64,000 bases of DNA from Chrysemys picta bellii (lineage: Eukaryota). Position 1 is the stretch's first letter; each line of letters starts with the position of its first letter. The DNA is taken from positions 170,686,001-170,750,000 of the forward strand of contig NC_088792.1 in assembly GCF_011386835.1 (NCBI RefSeq), written 5' to 3'. A model generated the notes under the pieces. It worked only from the letters and a program-made list of their open reading frames with translations. It ran no database searches and had not been told where the DNA came from. A program made the position numbers and the translations under genes. This document shows, piece after piece, positions 60,691 through 64,000 of the stretch.

Positions 60691-62218
60691 CAGAGTCAAG
60701 TCATTATCAGTCTCATATCAAAGATGATCTGAATGAGATCAGCCACAATAGTAAGATTCAGCACATCTGCAGACTAATATTTTCAAAAATAGGTGCCTAA
60801 TGTTCTAAATAAGGCCCCAATTGGAAATTATTTCCTTTTCAGCACACCATTTAAGTGCTTAAGTTTTGAAGGCTTTAAGCACATGCTTAACTTTAAACAC
60901 TTACTGTATTTTGTGTTTTTTACTGTATTTGCTATATTTTGCGCCTGATGACCCTGATCCAGAGCCCACAGAAGTCAATGGAAAGACTCCCTTTGAGTTC
61001 AATGGGCTTTAATCAGGCACTTCCACATAACTTTACATTAGCCACATTTTTTAATAACAAAAGATTTGGTGATTTCAAAATTAGTATTTATTAATTTTAA
61101 ATTACAAAAAACAATTCTGGATGGCAGCATTGGTACTAATTTCATGTGGGATTTATTGCTTAAGAGGGATTCAGTTATTCTTGGTTTTCTTGGAATGGCA
61201 CATGCAGTTGTAAAAGAGTATGTTTGAATTTACTCTGCTGGGGGTAACAATATATTTGTTTAAGAATATTGTCTCCTTTGTATTGTTGGCTTTAGGAGGG
61301 GCTCTTTTATGTTATATTATGTTAGGCAGCACTGAGTTATCCATTAGAACAATAAAACTATTTCATCACCACCTGTCAGACCTGAACTTTGTACAGAAAC
61401 TAACTCCCGTTCTATCAACTAACAGCCCAACCCAGATTGAACCTATTCAGAGCAGAAATAGCATGAAAAGGGGCTAAAAAAAACACACTCAGACAAGTTT
61501 CAACATGCTAATCTACAATACTCTTATGTTCTAATTCAAAGTACTGTCTAATATTTGTGAAAATACATTAACCATCATCAGGGAGGTGCAGAGAAACTTG
61601 TGGGAAAGGTTATAGCTACCAAAGACTTTAACTTGCATGTGGATATTTGTTTCTGTGGGTCATGGACCCATTTCATAGTGCCTTAATACTCCATCTTTTC
61701 ACCTATACAAAGCAGATTGAAACTTCCCAGGACACCTAGGCCTGATGCAAAGCCCATTGAAGTCAATAGGAATCTTTCCATAGAGTTCAATGGGCTTTGG
61801 ATCAGGTCCCTAGACCATGTCCTACGCGTGGTCTCTGGTTTAGTTTGGCTTTGTGCAAATAGTTCTATGTGCATTGAAGGTCCTTGGTACGCTCTCATCG
61901 GCTCATCTAGATTCAGGTAGATGTCTCCATAATGCATATATCCTGTTGAATAACTTGTCTCTGAGAATCACTCAGAGAGAAAATATGCCTTTAAAGAGAC
62001 ACTACGGTAACATATTTAATTTTTAAATTATCAGCCATCAATAATATGTGGCAGCATTTATATTATCATCTATTAAAAATAAAATCACACTAAATCAGAT
62101 CAAGCTCACCTTACTCACATGTTCAAATAAGGTCTGGAAGAATAGATAGGGCTTGCAGTATCCTCTGAGGGAGCAAAACCAAAAGGAGAAGTGAATTTGA
62201 GAACTGAAGGTCCCTATA

Positions 62219-63159
62219 TTCAATATCTTCATCAACGACTTAGATATTGGCATAGAAAGTACGCTTATTAAGTTTGCGGATGATACCAAACTGGGAGGGA
62301 TTGCAACTGCTTTGGAGGACAGGGTCATAATTCAAAATGATCTGGACAAATTGGAGAAATGGGCTGAGGTAAACAGGATGAGGTTTAACAAAGACAAATG
62401 CAAAGTGCTCCACTTAGGAAGGAAAAATCAGTTTCACACATACAGAATGGGAAGAGACTGTCTAGGAAGGAGTACGGCAGAAAGGGATCTAGGGGTTATA
62501 GTGGACCACAAGCTAAATATGAGTCAACAGTGTGATGCTGTTGCAAAAAAAGCAAACATGATTCTGGGATGTATTAACAGGTGTGTTGTGAGCAAGACAC
62601 GAGAAGTCATTCTTCCGCTCTACTCTGCTCTGGTTAGGCCTCAGCTGGAGTATTGTGTCCAGTTCTGGGTACCGCATTTTAAAAAAGATGTGGAGAAATT
62701 GGAAAGGGTCCAGAGAAGAGCAACAAGAATGATTAAAGGTCTTGAGAACATGACCTATGAAGGAAGGCTGAAAGAATTGGGTTTGTTTAGTTTGGAGAAG
62801 ACTGAGAGGGGACATGATAGCAGTTTTCAGGTATTTAAAAGGGTGTCATAAGGAGGAGGGAGAAAACTTGTTCACCTTAGCCTCTAAGGATAGAACCAGA
62901 AGCAATGGGTTTAAACTGCAGCAAGGGAGGTCTAGGTTGGACATTAGGAAAAAGTTCCTAACTGTCAGGGTGGTTAAACACTGGAATAAATTGCCTAGGG
63001 AGGTTGTGGAATGTCCATCTCTTGAGATATTTAAGAGTAGGTTAGATAAATGTCTATCAGGGATGGTCTAGATGGTATTTGGTCCTGCCATGCGGGCAGG
63101 GGACTGGACTCGATGACCTCTCGAGGTCCCTTCCAGTCCTAGAATCTGTGAATCTATGA
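62219..63159 (+). mobile_element. Relatively young 5'-truncated CR1 LINE
   Basis: KFADDTKLGG and RPQLEYCVQFW..HFKKDVEKLERVQRRATRMI; one frameshift near 62800 splits ORFs 62312-62851 and 62814-63071; tail aatctgtgaatctatga. Confidence 0.93.
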
Positions 63160-63514
63160 ATATTGGTAGCACCTTACATACAGATTTAATATCTGGGGAC
63201 TAATATCAGTGTCCCAACAGATCTCTATGGCTGGATGGCGCATAGGGGGAGAGCTGCCAAACATTATAATTTAAAATAAACCGCTTGAATTGTGCCCAAA
63301 CTAGTAGACCATGCAAGTGACGGAGCACAGGTGATGCATTTGTGTTGCCAGTAAGTCAACACTAGATTTTGTACTAGCTGAAGTTTTCAAATAGCTTACA
63401 ATCAATCAGAAGGCAAACACTGTTTGTTTGTTTTCCTCCTGACTCCAAGGGCCTGATCGTTCAAACACTTACTACCAAGTATTCTGTATTAATTGATAAT
63501 TTCTTTTAATCCAG

Positions 63515-63652
63515 ACCCTTCATTTTGATGTTGTTGAAGAGCTTCATTCAAGATTTCAGACTCTGACCTCTGACATAAACAGAAGTGGAGCTTCCTATCT
63601 GTTGAAGCTTGCCAGTCGGCTTTATGGAGAGAAGACCTACAATTTTTTAGCA
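63515..63652 (+). CDS. SERPINB1: SERPINB1 coding exon 2 ([46 protein letters not shown]); gene continues beyond the window
   Basis: Acceptor atccag|ACC, donor GCA|GTAAGT at 63653; 138 nt; HSRFQ, GASY.LKLA and GEKTYNFL are SERPINB1-like. Confidence 0.9.
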
Positions 63653-64000
63653 GTAAGTAATGCAGAAGCTCATGTGACAGAATTCCTGTAGAATTTTTCA
63701 AAATTCAATCATCAGTTACTTCCCATTTCTGTTAGGGCCTGGTCCTGCCCCTCTTGAAGTCAGTGGCAAAACTCCCACTGGAACAGGATTTAGATAAAAC
63801 CTTAATACAATTTGGAATTAATTTAGTAAACTGCATAACTGCCATGTTATTGATTGATTCCAAGCAGAATAACTTGATTTGTATATTTGAGGTAAAAAAT
63901 GTGAGGTCATTTGAAGGACCCACAAGACAAACCATTTTTGGCTACAAATTTAGCACCCTGTTTTGGGAAATAGCAGTCTGATATCCATTTGTGCCTTTGG

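Noticed and set aside
1-64000. tRNA, rRNA or CRISPR arrays
   Set aside because: No supporting structure; eukaryotic locus in which the repeats are explained by transposons and microsatellites.

Overview
Vertebrate genomic DNA, very probably a turtle (judged from the CR1, Penelope, hAT and Harbinger-type repeat families; inference). The window holds four tandem clade B (ovalbumin-type) serpin genes, all on the + strand and rebuilt exon by exon with canonical GT-AG junctions. (1) SERPINB2/PAI-2-like, 7 coding exons, 5405-17554, 414 aa, P1-P1' Arg-Ser. (2) SERPINB10/MENT-like, 7 coding exons, 22291-32236, 408 aa. (3) SERPINB6, 6 coding exons, 42418-49419, 379 aa, with a CpG island upstream. (4) SERPINB1, first two coding exons (57501-57668, 63515-63652), running off the window. 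The most striking item is missing from the ORF track: the 87-nt CD-loop exon of gene 2 (23952-24038) encodes VLHFKKTTGTGGCLQVTRTSRGRPKKRKM. It combines the AT-hook (RGRP) of the chicken chromatin-condensing serpin MENT with the KKRKM nuclear localisation signal and loop cysteine of mammalian bomapin. Other highlights are a core-intact minimal hammerhead ribozyme motif at a Penelope element end (58948-58987, - strand), a ~95%-identical truncated duplicate of the SERPINB1 start exon with ATG changed to AGG (55745-55899), several nested transposon insertions with perfect target-site duplications, and two non-coding tandem duplications. Human and chicken reference sequences are recalled from memory, not searched.
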